From Sarea resinae (lineage: Eukaryota): 64,000 nucleotides of DNA. A model generated the notes under the pieces. The model made no database searches, was not told where the DNA came from, and saw only the letters and a list, made by a program, of their open reading frames with translations. Both the position numbers and the translations under genes were made by a program. The stretch covers positions 868,001 through 932,000 of the forward strand of contig JAPEUD010000001.1 in assembly GCA_026026165.1 (NCBI GenBank). The letters are read 5' to 3'. Shown piece after piece: positions 1 to 12,736 of the stretch. Each line of letters begins with the position of its first letter. Positions within the stretch are counted from its first letter, which is position 1.

Positions 1-971
1 AGGGGAGGAGGGAAGGAAAGGATAGGGCAAGAAGTTCACGTCGAGAGTGAGTGTTAGGGTAGGTCGGCAGTAGTAGTAGCAGCGGCAGCAGTAAATGGAT
101 GATCAGAACGAGAGAGAGCGAGCTTTTTTCTCTGCGCTAATGGTAGGCAGGAAGTCACTTTGCTCCTCACGGCAGTGAGCGGGTACGAGGAATTAGTAGC
201 AGGCTGCCATATTCACGGCGAGTACCCCTCGTACCTTGGATACTGTGGTAACGGGTAACGAGAGCAAGCGAAATAATATCATTACCTTATTCGCATTGTG
301 GAAGCGAAAGCAACATGACGATGATCATTGCAGTACAGCGCTGGCCCTCCATTCACAGCGACAGGTACGACTATGGATATTAGATCTGTACGTCGTACTT
401 GAATCTGACCAAGCAACGAAAGGGCGGCGCTGACTCTGACCAGAGCTCAATGGTACCGTATCTACCTGATACTCTCCATGGCTGGCCGGCATCTTCTTGG
501 GGCCGGGATTCTTCAATCAAGTACTTCGTAGTTCGTACAGCCATGGTAAGGTACTACTTCATACCTTCATGTCAAGCAAAGTGCCCCGGAACAAGGTACC
601 AACGAGCTGGAAGTCTTTTGTGCCCTCTCCCCACCACGATACCATGGATGTCTACTGCTCCCTGGGCTGGTTGGTCCTCAAGGTGCAATGGAAACCTAAC
701 AGCCGACCGTTGGAGCCTACCTACCTACCTTACCTGGGTAGCCGAGAAGCCCTTCACCCTTCACCCTTCACCTTTTCACCACCGGAAGGTCCAGTCGGGT
801 ATACTTGACCTGTCTAGCTGTTTAGCTGAGCTGAGTGATCTTTCGAGCAGTCCTGGCCTTTCTTTACTGCCCAGCTTGTCAGGTTGCAGTTCCCACCCGG
901 CGCACGGAACCTAATGAGGGGCAGGAGAACCTGCAATGCCAGGACCGACGGAGAAAGGACGACCATGGCCG

Positions 972-1089
972 ATGGGGCAATGGGGCAATGGGGCAATGGC
1001 AACTGGAGACAGCGGCACACACGACAAGAGAGGTCAAGGTACAGCTCACCCCTTGCCCCTCACCCCTCACCCCTCACCCCTCACCCTCA
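972..1089. repeat. Short tandem repeats: (ATGGGGCA)x3 and (CCCCTCA)n
   Basis: Read directly at ~972-1002 and ~1050-1089 in intergenic DNA. Confidence 0.7.
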
Positions 1090-1846
1090 GAGCTACCTCG
1101 CACACGAGCAGGCAGCCAGAGATATCTGAGGTACAGAAGTCTTCTCTACATGGTAGTACAGCGAGCAGGAGGGGAGAACAAAAGCAAATCAGGACCACCA
1201 CGGCAGGTGAGGGAGATAAGGTCCTCTTCGTACCTGAGTCATAATGCTCCTACGACTTCTGCAATGCATCCTAGCCCATGCGGGACAACGTAATGTGTAA
1301 TCCGTCTGTCATCCGTCTGCGTCTCGGCCCGCACTACAACTACCACGACTGACGGGTCATCGCCTTCCTAAACGCCGAGAGCGTGCGTGCCAAAGCCTCG
1401 AACGATTTGAGCGGTAGCAAATCAGATGCACCTGAATTGCATCTATGATGTTGTCGAAACCAGAAACCCATGTTCGACTTTCCAAGAAATGGGTCCCGGC
1501 CATCCTAAGTCTTCTCTCGCTGGACTTGATTGTCGCTTGAGCGCGACGACCAAAACCGGGATCATCGACTTACCTGATCAGGGATTTCCAGACCCATTCG
1601 GGCCGTCATAAGGCTGCCATCTATGGTGATACCAAACGTACTTCACCCACGCAATGACAATCCACAGTCCACATCAATGTGACGTATCTAGACAGTTTAG
1701 ACTCGCGACCTCTACCTACTAATAAGGAAGTCGAAACTGCTCGAGTAGAATATCATACTGATCCATTCGTTGTATGAAGCTCATTCTTTCTAGAAACCTT
1801 GGGTATCTACGAAGTCCGAATGCATCGCCGGTCAATCATATTCTAC

Positions 1847-2702
1847 TTAATCTAAGGTCTTGCCATTGGATTCCTCGTTTCGTGTCGGATCCATCTCCGA
1901 GTTCACTTTTCGAATGATCCTCGCCGGATTTCCTGCAACGACGTGAAAGGGTGGCACATCCTGCAAGCCGATTAGAATGATACCAAGGTGGTCGGGGTTT
2001 TCTAAGAAGCCCTGGAAGTAGCATATCAAAAAGTAGTACCTTCGTTACAACAGCAGCAGCACCAACTGTGCTGCCCTTCCCGATTCTCACGCCCGGCAAG
2101 ATCACAGCATTTCCTCCAATCCAGCAATCATCTTCGACGTGGATTTCCTTTCCACCCTCGGGTCCTTGAAGGCCTTGTCTGATGGCTGGGTCTAGTGGAT
2201 GTGTGGCGCTGTAGAAGCACACATTAGGGCCAACAAGAGTCCTCTTGCCGATGGTGATCATGCACGTGTCGAGGACGATGCAGTTGAAATTAAGCATGGA
2301 GCCAGCGCTAACGCGGAGGTTGAAGCCATGATCAACAGTAATAGGTGCTTCGATAAGCGGATCCGTTTCGTCAAATTGAGCTGCGTCGCGCTTTGGGTCC
2401 GGGTCAATGGGCGGAAGAGGGCGGCCGTCCACCACGACACTGAACGAGCGATGATGTTCAAGTCAGTCGGTGCCGTTTCGTGCCATTGATTGGGACCTTC
2501 AAAGCTACTCTAGTTGGGCGATTCTGAAGGATGTAGCTCACTCTCTCCAAAGCTCGACCCGCCGACGGCGAGACACTTCCCCGGCTGCGTTGAAGCGTGT
2601 ACAGGCTTCCTTGCAGCGTGCCCGGGAGGCCATCAGCTCATCTGTGAAGGCATAGTAAAGCTCGCCCCGGAGCATTTTCTCCTTTTCACTGGGGACTGCC
2701 AT
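1847..2702 (-). CDS. Maltose/galactoside O-acetyltransferase (Mac domain + hexapeptide LbH repeats), 3 exons
   Basis: MAVPSEKEKMLRGELY... N-terminus; NFNCIVLD, HPLDP, WIGGNAVILPGVRIG, VPPFHVVAGNPARII; introns ~2440-2541 and ~1961-2039. Confidence 0.9.
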
Positions 2703-3589
2703 ATTTGAGATGCGATAATGCTGATGTAGAGCGGGCAGCTTGAGCCCTTGCTGCCACAGTTCCTGACTAGATACCAATTGATTTTGGCTGCAGAACCTTC
2801 GGTGAATAGAGGATGACTTTGACTTGCCAGGCGCAAGATGGGCTTGCACAACCAGAGTTCAATCTCGTCGACGCCTGATCTGAGCAATGATAACTTATAG
2901 ATCAAAGCCTTCAACATGTCCTCAAAGCATGCTATTTCCACGTCAACAGTGTCGCTTGTATCGAAGATGCCAGATCATCTCCATCTCAGTTAGCCGAAGG
3001 CGGTGAAAGCGCGAAGCGAGACGCCTTACCCAAAGTAGCGCGGGTAAGGTAATATGGATCCATTATTTTAAGGCGGACATGAAGTGAGGCCATACTACTC
3101 CGTAAAGTAACGAATAATGAACCCGGCAGATCGCAACAATATGAAGCTCCTCATATTTATGCAATCAGCAGAGCTAGAATACGGCGCCCTTGGCCACTGC
3201 ATCTTGTAATTACTTTGCAGAAACCGTCGGACCACATTGCAATGAGCACATGATCATCGATGAATCCACGCCGTATGCCATAGATTCTTATAGGTTATGG
3301 GACTGCATTGAGGCCCTCTCTCGCGCCGTATGACCGTTCGTGATCGTGATGCTTTTTAGTCTTCCAGCCACGCCAGAACAGAATGATCAGATCCACTTTC
3401 TCTTAAGAGCAGCGTTGATGAATGGGTATCAAAGACACAGTCGCAGCGTAGGTTGTGACGCAATAGTCGAGCCTATCCTGCTTGCAGTGGCCGCTCGAAT
3501 TTGGCGATTTACGCTTTCGAGACTCGACGGCGTAATCTGCTACCGCAAAAGCAGGACTCAGCTTCTTTGAAAACAACAGTCATGGTCTA

Positions 3590-4270
3590 TCATGCCCTCC
3601 TTTTCGAATCTCTCTCGTTCTGCTCACTGCCAACCCCCCTCACAGCCTCTGTGATGAGCTCCCTAAGCTCCCTCTGTCCCTCTTCACCCTGAAAGTCATC
3701 GCGAGCAGCCAGCTCCTCGATCCTTCTCCTGAACTCTGGATCAACCACCTCATCTTCTCCGCCTTGTACCGTCTCCTCCATCCTCGTCACCGTGACATTT
3801 GCGGGAAGTGGTGGAGCGGTGCGTAAATCTTCCGTCTCAGAAGGAGCCGTGCCAGATGCTAACGAAGCAACACCATTCGTAGACGAAAGAGCACCTCCGA
3901 TATGTTGACGTAGGAAAGCAGCAACTAATGGAAAATCTCCTTCACCCTCGATCTTCTCTTCTGCCGTCATGCCCTCACTATTTCTTATGTCTGTGGCAGC
4001 GCCCAATTCCTCAAGAAGGCACTTTGCGATGTCGACGTTCTCGGCCACGAACAACGCCGTCTCGCCGTCTTCATCCTTGATATTGACGTCCACTTTGAAG
4101 TCATTAATCAATTCGCGCAGGAGTGAGATGTGATTGTAGGAAGCGGCTGCGTGTACCAGGGAGTAGCCGTGAGCATCTTGCGTCGAAGCGAGGGCGGGCT
4201 GCGCATGCAAGAGGGGCAGAAGATTCGGAGAATTCTCTGCAGCCAAAAGGAACGGATTAGGCTGGGCCAT
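3590..4270 (-). CDS. Small ankyrin-repeat protein (YCR051W-like)
   Basis: ATG at 4270 (MAQPNPFLLAA); ankyrin motifs GYSLVHAAASYNH and DEDGETALF; acidic C-terminus. Confidence 0.8.
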   Translation of the reverse strand: MAQPNPFLLAAENSPNLLPLLHAQPALASTQDAHGYSLVHAAASYNHISLLRELINDFKVDVNIKDEDGETALFVAENVDIAKCLLEELGAATDIRNSEGMTAEEKIEGEGDFPLVAAFLRQHIGGALSSTNGVASLASGTAPSETEDLRTAPPLPANVTVTRMEETVQGGEDEVVDPEFRRRIEELAARDDFQGEEGQRELRELITEAVRGVGSEQNERDSKRRA

Positions 4271-4751
4271 TATATGGATGTGGATGGTTGATTCTCGCAA
4301 GGGGAGGCGTTTCAGTCTGAGGATTGGAATCTTGAAGATTTTCGAGAGGATCTTTACCAATTAATGTCGCCGTCCCTCAGGTCACAAATCTCTGAGCCAA
4401 AGTAGACCCTCTTCACAAAGGTGAAAGGAACTGCATGCCGGCAAATTCCGCACCGCGGGGCAGACCACACCAAATTGATTGGTCTGTATCAGGTATTCTA
4501 GCACAATCAAGACGACTTTGACTCATCCATGGATGACAGACTGAGAGGCATAGCAGGTGCGGGCAAATGAGAAATAGGTCATGGACCAAGATTGTACGTC
4601 CGCCTTGCAGCTGTGCCACGGACGACTGCACTTCCACCAAATTGGCTTCACCATTGCAAGCGATTGCCATCTCTGATATCTGCTTCCTCTCGCTTCAAGT
4701 GTGCTGTAATCGTACAACTCCAGGAACAAACGTCTCGTGAGGCCAGCGACA

Positions 4752-7196
4752 ATGGCGCATCGAGAGACTGCACCGTATGCACCTCAGGACACCGAGCAGG
4801 TGGCAAATGTAATCAAGACTCTAGAAGAGCATACCAAAAAAGGTAGCTATGCAAAGAAGTCGGCTGCCAGCTTCAGCTGCAAGAAATCTACATTTACTGT
4901 CGACGGTACCAACGGCAAGAAGGTGGATTCCTGGAAATTTCAAGACTGGGACTACAAACGCCCCGATCTGCCCACATATGCTCGAGGCCTGTTCACCCAC
5001 ACGCTGCCGGACGGGAAGCCTGAAATCGTCACCAGAGGATATGACAAGTTCTTCAACATCGATGAAGTCACGACAACAAAATGGCCTCATATAGAGAACA
5101 ATACCAGAGGCCCATACGAGCTGAGTGTGAAGGAGAATGGCTGCATTATCTTTATCTCGGGTCTAGATGATGACACGCTGCTGGTATGCAGCAAGCATTC
5201 TACAGGCGCACGAGCCGATGCTAGTCTGAGCCATGCGAAAGTTGGCGAAAAGTGGGTGGACCAACAACTCGAAGCTTTGGGGAAGACAAGGCAGGATCTA
5301 GCACAAGAGCTCCGGAAGATGAATGCTACGGCCGTCGCTGAGTTATGCGACGATTCTTTCGAAGAACATGTGCTGCAGTACGACGAGAAGCTAGCAGGTC
5401 TTTATCTACATGGAATCAATCTCAACGTGCCCGACTTCGCAACATATCCCGGCCACTTGGTTCATGAATTTGCAGACCAATGGGGCTTCAAGAAGGCTGA
5501 GTACTTGATGAAAGACGACATCAATAGTGCGAGGTCTTTCCTCGAGGAAGTGGCCGAAACTGGTGCCTATCATGGCAAGGAAACAGAGGGCTTTGTTATC
5601 AGGTGTCAGGCGCGCGATCATGAGGATGGGCCCTGGTATGACTGGTTCTTCAAATACAAGTTCGAGGAGCCGTACTTAATGTACCGACAGTGGCGAGAAG
5701 TCACAAAGGCAACCATTGCAGGCAAACCTCCCCGATACAAGAAGCACAGAAAGATAACTGAGGAGTACCTTGAGTATGCTCGGCATCGAATCGCAGAGGA
5801 CCCTTCCCTTGCAGATGCTTTCAAAATGAACCATGGAATTATTGCCATGCGAGAGGGTTTCTTAAAAGAGCGAGGACTGAAGGGCTCAGACATTATTCGC
5901 CAGGAAGAGCATGAAGAGGCTCAAGAAGTTTCAAGAAACCTCGTGCTTGTACCTGTGGCTACAATAGGATGCGGAAAGACGACAGTTGCTATTGGTCTAA
6001 CGAAGTTGTTTGGCTGGGGCCACGTTCAAAACGACAACATTCAAGTAAAGAAAGGCCGTCTTCAGAAATTCTCCAGCGAGATCTACGCCTCTCTACTCAC
6101 CCACCCTGCCATGATAGCCGATAAGAACAACCATCAGAAAAGAGAGCGGAAACAACTCATCGACTCCCTCCGGGCAATGAATCCTGAGATGCGCTTCGTC
6201 GCACTACACTATGTCCACGACCCTGCAAATTTCGACGTTATCAGCCAGGCTATGAGGGACAGGGTACTATCACGAGGCGATAATCACCAGACCATTCAAG
6301 CTGGCTCGAAATCTGCGGAAGAAATCATCAGCATTATGGACGGCTTCCTAGAGCGATTCGAGCCGCTCGATGCCTATACCCCTCCCGACGACGGCTTTGA
6401 TAGCGTCATCGACCTTGATCCCGCCGCCACCTCTCGACAAAATCTCGAAACCATCGTCTCACACCTTCACCAAACCTACCCTAGACTGGTACCTGAAATG
6501 CCCTCTGCTTCGGCCTTAGACCAAGCCATTGATGCCGCTTTGACGGACTACAAGCCGGATATACACCACACCCTTGAATTCAGAAACGATAAAGCCAAAC
6601 ACGCTTCCGCCAAACAGCAAACACCGCAAAAGAGCCAAAAGCCACCGAAACAGCCCAGGGTTGAGTACTTTGCAATTCAGCTTCCTGCTCCCCGCATCAC
6701 CGCCATACTCGACGCGGTCTTCTCTGAGCAGCCTTCCGAAGTCGCACAATTCTACCATCTTCTCAACTCCACTCACCGCATCCAGAATGAATTCCATGTC
6801 ACTCTCATGCATCGCAACAATGCTAAAGCCGACCCGGATATCTGGGACCGCTTCGTGAATCGCTATATCGAAGAATGTGAAAAGTCTGACCCTCCGAACC
6901 CTCATCCACTACTCGGCACCTCTCGCGTTCAGCTCGAACGCATCGTCTGGGATGCCCGTCTTATGTGCTTTGTTGCTCGGCTTCCCGACGCCGAGACGTC
7001 CGGGTGGTGCTCTACCAATCCCATAGCGCACGTCACAGTCGGGACTGCAAGTGCGGATGTCAAACCGAAAGAGAGCAATGATCTTCTGCAAAAATGGATA
7101 CATGAGGGGGCCGGTGACGAGAGTGGAATCAAAGATATAATCGTCAAGGGTCAAATCATGTTGGACGGAAAAGTTAGAGCTGTGCTTTCTAAGTGA
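4752..7196 (+). CDS. TRL1: Fungal trifunctional tRNA ligase (adenylyltransferase, polynucleotide kinase, cyclic phosphodiesterase)
   Basis: RGYDKFFN, KENG ligase motif I, EGFVIR, FKYK; P-loop GCGKTT; 2H motifs FHVTL and HVTVGT; single exon. Confidence 0.95.
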   Translation: MAHRETAPYAPQDTEQVANVIKTLEEHTKKGSYAKKSAASFSCKKSTFTVDGTNGKKVDSWKFQDWDYKRPDLPTYARGLFTHTLPDGKPEIVTRGYDKFFNIDEVTTTKWPHIENNTRGPYELSVKENGCIIFISGLDDDTLLVCSKHSTGARADASLSHAKVGEKWVDQQLEALGKTRQDLAQELRKMNATAVAELCDDSFEEHVLQYDEKLAGLYLHGINLNVPDFATYPGHLVHEFADQWGFKKAEYLMKDDINSARSFLEEVAETGAYHGKETEGFVIRCQARDHEDGPWYDWFFKYKFEEPYLMYRQWREVTKATIAGKPPRYKKHRKITEEYLEYARHRIAEDPSLADAFKMNHGIIAMREGFLKERGLKGSDIIRQEEHEEAQEVSRNLVLVPVATIGCGKTTVAIGLTKLFGWGHVQNDNIQVKKGRLQKFSSEIYASLLTHPAMIADKNNHQKRERKQLIDSLRAMNPEMRFVALHYVHDPANFDVISQAMRDRVLSRGDNHQTIQAGSKSAEEIISIMDGFLERFEPLDAYTPPDDGFDSVIDLDPAATSRQNLETIVSHLHQTYPRLVPEMPSASALDQAIDAALTDYKPDIHHTLEFRNDKAKHASAKQQTPQKSQKPPKQPRVEYFAIQLPAPRITAILDAVFSEQPSEVAQFYHLLNSTHRIQNEFHVTLMHRNNAKADPDIWDRFVNRYIEECEKSDPPNPHPLLGTSRVQLERIVWDARLMCFVARLPDAETSGWCSTNPIAHVTVGTASADVKPKESNDLLQKWIHEGAGDESGIKDIIVKGQIMLDGKVRAVLSK

Positions 7197-7724
7197 AAAG
7201 AGAGATGGAGGAGTTGCCAGGGTCTGTAAGATTGCAATTGCTATCTGCACAGATATATAGACTAAACTCCATGTGCTACTCATTAGCATCCTATGAGCCT
7301 TTTGAGTGCGTCGGCATTAGCGTTTTATCTCTATCCTGTCAACGTTCATATTAATTGACTGGCGATTCAGAGCACCGGGCATACTGGAAGAACCATAAGT
7401 AGCAACCAAAAAAGAGCACAATGTCATAATAGAAGTTGACACCCTCTCCTTGACATTCTGTTCGATGATATTCAATTGAGTAGAATATTTGCTGTCGTCC
7501 TTGAATTGAGAATACCCCAATTTGTAGGTTTTGGAGGTCAACATATATTTCGGCCCTTGAGGGTGGACACAATTTTAGCGAAGCTGGTGGAGGAAATAGC
7601 AGATTCTGAAATTCTCGACTTGACGGCCCAAAATGTCAATGCCAAAACCACAACTGATCACGTAACACGCGTCTTGACCCTATGCGCAAAGCACGGCCTC
7701 TTCCTTAGATCCGCGTTAGTGAAA

Positions 7725-9338
7725 ATGAAGGACTACCTGATTCGACTGGTTCAAGTCCATGAGAGCTTTCGTAAAGCTGAGGTTCTTGCCCTAGCTGCAC
7801 TCGCCGAGCTCAATATTAAAATCATTGCATATAGCAACAGTGTATGTCCTCTCTTGCTCTTTCCTTGTACAGTAGAGATATGAGCCCTCTTCATCTCTTA
7901 TTGACATATTATAAGTCACCTTTCTGCATTATCCAGCTGGAGAATGAAGCTGCAGCACGTGCTCTCATAAGACGAGCTATTATCAGCCATGGCATCTACG
8001 AACTATGGGGTAGTGGGTCCACCTACGAGGAACTCCATGCTGTTGTCAGATCGACGACCAAGTCTATGTGGGCGCAGTACAGAGAGTGCACGTTTAGATT
8101 TCAGGTTGACGCCTATCGGGGTAAATGCAGCTCATCCCAACAGAAGGCCCTCATAGAGTCATTTGGCTACCTCGGATTTGACGGCCCAATCCTGATGAAA
8201 GGATTCGAGCAAGAATTCTGCATATTTGAAGATTATGACTTCAAAGCAAAGTCTCCGAAGCAGGTCCACTTTGGCCGCTGGATAGCGGGCGGAGACCGGG
8301 AAGCTATCACCACTTACGATCTGAAGAAGAGAAGATATATCAGTACCACAAGTATGGATGCAGAGTTAGCTCTGGTCACGGCCAATCTTACGCTCGCTGC
8401 ACCAGGCAAACTATTCTACGACCCCTTTGTGGGCACAGGTAGCTTTTCTGTTGCTTGTTCACATTTCGGAGCCACTAGTCTAGGATCTGATATCGATCCA
8501 CGGAGCATTAAGGGAACTGCCAAGAAGAATCTCTTTAGCAATTTTGTGCAGTATGGATTGGTCGACAGGTTCCTCGATTCTTTCGTTTCCGATCTCACTC
8601 ATACTCCAGTCAGGGGGACACGTTTATTTGACGGGATTATCTGCGACCCACCCTATGGTGTGAGAGAAGGGTTGAAGGTTCTGGGTAACAAGGATGGAAA
8701 GGGAAAGGAGCCAATATTCGTCGACGGAAAACCTGCTCATCTGTAAGTCCAGCTGCTTTGTCCGTGTCAACGGATACTAATCTTCTCAGGCTTGAGCACT
8801 ATATTCCTCCAAAGCGGCCTTATAGCTTCGAAGCAATGCTAGATGATATTCTCGAATTTGCAGCACTAACGCTTGTGGAGAACGGACGGGTGTCTCTTTG
8901 GATGCCTACCGCTAACGATGAAGACGTCGAATTGGGAATTCCCACTCATCCATCTCTTGAAGTTGTTAGTGTCTGCGTACAGGCTTTCAACAAATGTGAG
9001 TTTACACCAAGCCCGCCATTATGGGTTAGATTTGCTACTGTAACGCCATCTTATGTAGAGCTGGGCTGATAAAGTTGTAGGGTCAAGGAGACTTTTGACA
9101 TATCGAAGAATGGCAGATTCGGAAATCGTCAATCCAGAGCCTCGTCCGGAAAAGAAGGGGCCTACAGGGACTACTGCAAATGATCTGAATTCATTTCGCC
9201 GGAGGGTATGATCGTTCTGAGATGAATACAAGATAGATTTACTGATCTTCTATATAGTATTTTGAAGGGTTCAAAGCTCCTGCGAATAGTAGAACGGAGC
9301 CGGATATCGCAGCGGTTATACCATCTGACCATCAATGA
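7725..9338 (+). CDS. TRM11: tRNA (guanine-10-N2) methyltransferase, multi-exon
   Basis: MKDYLIRLVQVHESFRKAE start; YISTTSMDAEL, DPFVGTGS (SAM motif), DPPYGVREG, PPKRPYSF; GT-AG introns near 7842, 8743, 8996, 9206. Confidence 0.92.
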
Positions 9339-9850
9339 CCGTTACATTAAAGATATCCAAAGAGTGTGAAGCAAGCAAGCGGTATTGGAGCTACGGCCAG
9401 AGAGGCAGGTGTATGAAACCAAGTCAACGGTTCTCGGAGAACTGTGGGAGAGCAACCTCCACTAGCCCGAGAGAGGGTCGGTGGAACCAGGGAACTTCTA
9501 GAATGGGGACGAGGAAAGCCGTAAAGAAGATTGGATGTATTATCAAGACATGTCCAACGAAGACTGTCGGGAGCTCCCCATTTCCGGAGACGTTCTACGA
9601 AAATCATCGACCCAGAAACCCGGAATCGGAATAAGTTATCTCCGCGCCTCGGCAAGTCGACCTGCCATCGATATCGTCATCACCAAAGTTATTTCCACGC
9701 CAGCTATCTTCAATCTAGGGACCAATCGCGAAAAGGTTCTTCTTACGGAATTAGAGAACAAAAAGAAATAAAGCAATTCTTCCTCACAAGCATTTTTTTT
9801 ACAAACAGGTTGAATTCCTCAATTATCTTGATCGCCGTACACTGTTCAAC

Positions 9851-10728
9851 ATGGCAGATGTCTACGGTCCCACGGGGTCAACATCAACAGCAAGCCCAAC
9901 ATCAGCAGCAGATTGTCCCTTTTGCGCCATCGCAAACGCCTATACATCTTCAACTCTTCCTTCTCCCCAGACCTCATCCTCATCTTCATCGACACACTCT
10001 TCTCAACCTCATCAGCATAGCCATAATTCCGCCAGACCGGACCCAAACCTCACGACCCCCCAAACCCACCTAATCCTCTCGACTCCCACCGTCCTCGCAT
10101 TCCTAGACATCGCTCCCCTCTCTCCAGCCCACACCCTCGTCACCACGCGCGCCCATCACGAAAAACTCTCCGACCTCTCCACGCCCGAAGCAATGGCGCT
10201 AGGGGCGTGGTTACCCGTCGTGTCACGCGTGATCGCGCGGGTGACGGGGATCAAAGATTGGAACGTCGTGCAGAACAATGGTAAGCATTTCTGTCTCTTC
10301 CTTTTTCCTCTCTCGTCGCTCTCGTTCCAACCCCACCCCCACACCACCACCCCCTTGTTTTCCCACAGCACGCAGAGGCCGTGCCCAGAGGCCCCAACCC
10401 CAACCACGCTAACAGAACGCCCCAACACACAGGCGCCGCCGCAGCGCAGATCGTACCGCACGTGCACTTCCACATCGTGCCGCGGCCCGCCGACACCGTG
10501 ACCGAGATCCGGAACAAGTCCTGGACGATGTTTGGGCGCGGCCAGCGCGAGGAGCTGGACGACGACGAGGGTGAAGAACTGGCCGCGAGACTGCGCTCAG
10601 GGATGGTGGAGGAGATGGACAGGTTGAGGGGTGGTGCTGGTGGTGGCGGCGGCGGTGATTATGGTGAAGCACGGAGGGGCAGAGACGGGGCGGGTGCAGA
10701 GGAGGCGAGGATCTTGCAGAAATTATAA
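9851..10728 (+). CDS. HIT-family nucleotide hydrolase (Hint/Hnt1-like), 2 exons
   Basis: CPFCAI, AFLDIAPLSPAHTLV, QNNG|AAAAQIVPHVHFHIVPR histidine triad; intron ~10281-10432. Confidence 0.9.
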
Positions 10729-11590
10729 ACTTATCAGCTTGGCCTCCGGAGAATACCAACCAATGTGACGTGACGTGATACGAGCCAATGCGACGACAGC
10801 GAACCTATTTTCTACAGAAATGGAAACAAAAACAATACCAAGAACAGAAAGTTCGGTTTCGCAGTCCTCTCTCTCTCTCGGATTCCTCAACATTTCCATG
10901 CTCGAACAACACCACACCACGATGCAAAGACCTCATCCAATGTAAACGGGACCGGCCACCTTCTAGGCGCAAGACGTCAGCGTACTACCGTACCTGCTAC
11001 CCCGCCAGAGGCTCCACGGGGGAAGACAGAGGGGGGAGTAGCAGTATAGGACGGTGAATTGAACCACCGGGCCGAGGGGAGAAGGCTGGGGAGGTTGTGG
11101 CCGTTGCCCCTGATATCAGCTGTGGTGCCCAAGTCCCTGACACAGTCCAAAGACTAAATCATATCATATATCAGAGAACATCCGACCTCTGCGCCTGGCT
11201 TCGGACGCTCTGGTCTCATCTTCTCGGACGGATAACGGCATAGAGGCTCTGGCTGTTTAGTATTCCGAATTCGAGGATCGATCGTGCGAAGTCGTCTGGC
11301 ATTTGTCTCCCAAGTTTGCTTCATTAGGTCAAATCGGCTAATGCATCCCTTTATGCAATTACTTGAATACAAAGAAGGTCATGGGGTATTGGAGAACGGT
11401 ATAGACGTATACAATTCAGATTACGCACAATCTATAAAGACATGTGTAAATGAGACACCTGAGGTGTTTAATTGCTCTCATCACACTCGACTTCTGTACG
11501 AAATTACGAGAACCATCTTGTATATAGGCTGACAGATAAGCAATATCTAGCTATTTTTACTATGAGGCTCTCTAGCATTTCTCTATCCAC

Positions 11591-12736
11591 TCATTTCTTG
11601 CCATCAAGATCGGTGTAGAAGTTATACCCAAACGACTCGGATGGATCGTTGAAGCGGGCCTTCTTATCGACGGCATCAAGCGTGGCGAGATCCTCGGCCG
11701 ACAGCTTGAAGTCGCCCTCAAGGTTCTGCCGAATCCGCTCGGGCGTCTTCGATTTGGGAAGGACAGAATGGCCGTGGGCGATACCCCAAGCCAGAGCCAC
11801 CTGCGCACCACTTTTGCCGTACTTCTTGCCCACCTCAGTGAGGACGGGGTCTTTGATCAGAAGACCGATCTCTTGGGCGCCGTAGATCTCGTTCGAGTTG
11901 CCGAAAGGACTGTATTGCGTGATGTGAATGCCCTTTTGGCGGTGGAAGTCCGTGAAGGAATGTTGTTGCAGATATGGGTGCAGCTCAATTTGGTGCGCGG
12001 CGGGTACGACGGTGGTCTCTTTGAGCAGTCGCTCGAGCTCGGCTTTGCTGAAGTTGGAGATGCCAATGGCGCGGACTTTGCCCGTCTTCAGCAGTTTCTC
12101 CATGGCTTTCCAGGTCTGTGCCAAACGTCAGTGTCGAAGACAAAAGAATTGGGCAAGGGAACTTACGTCGACGTAGTCGATGTCTGCGGTCTGTATCTTG
12201 CCCTTACTATCCTTGGGGATCAAAGCATCTCCACGAGCAAAGGCAGAGGGCCAATGCATGAGGTATAGATCTAGGTAGTCGACCTCGAGGTCTTTCAATG
12301 ATGCGTCCAAGGTGGGCTCAACATCATCGGGGTGATGGCTGTTGTTCCAGAGCTTGGTAGTGATGAAGATTTCTTTTCGAGGAATACCGCTGTCCTTGAT
12401 GGCTTTGCCTACGGCCGGCTCAGTGCCATAGCTGAATTCATGTTAGCATGATGGCGAAGGGATGGTTGACTAAAGTACGATGACTTACATTCTAGCGGTG
12501 TCAATGTGACGATAGCCGGACTGCAGGGCATGGAGCACAGCCGACTCCTGAGCATTGGCATCTTGCCAGGTACCAAAGCCCACGGCGGGGATATGGTCGC
12601 CCGTGTTGAGCTTGAATTTGGTATTCTGAAAGGACGCGGAAGCCATGGTGCGGGATTGGATCTTCGGGGATGATGGTAGTTGTCTCGAGAGTTGGGAAAG
12701 TCGTGAGAAGGCAGTTCGTGAGGTTCGAAGAGACAT
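11591..12736 (-). CDS. Aldo-keto reductase (GCY1/NADP-glycerol dehydrogenase-like), 3 exons, possible mitochondrial presequence
   Basis: LNTGDHIPAVGFGTW, GYRHIDTA, YLDLYLMHWP, RAIGISNF, HQIELHPYL, LPKS; in-frame ATGs at 12736 and 12646. Confidence 0.9.

Noticed and set aside
1050..1089. (CCCCTCA)n as an interstitial telomere
   Set aside because: Unit is a 7-mer, not CCCTAA, and the tract is very short
180..1240. Apparent enrichment of GTAC words as a regulatory array
   Set aside because: Not quantified, no fixed spacing, and no factor I can assign
236..1611. Overlapping 60-170 aa ORFs in the first 1.6 kb
   Set aside because: No recognisable motifs; built partly from simple repeats; most likely intergenic or promoter DNA
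3022..3070. Inverted repeats CCTTACCC..GGGTAAGG and AATATGGATCCATTATT as an ncRNA or MITE
   Set aside because: Too short; no TSD or RNA-family features
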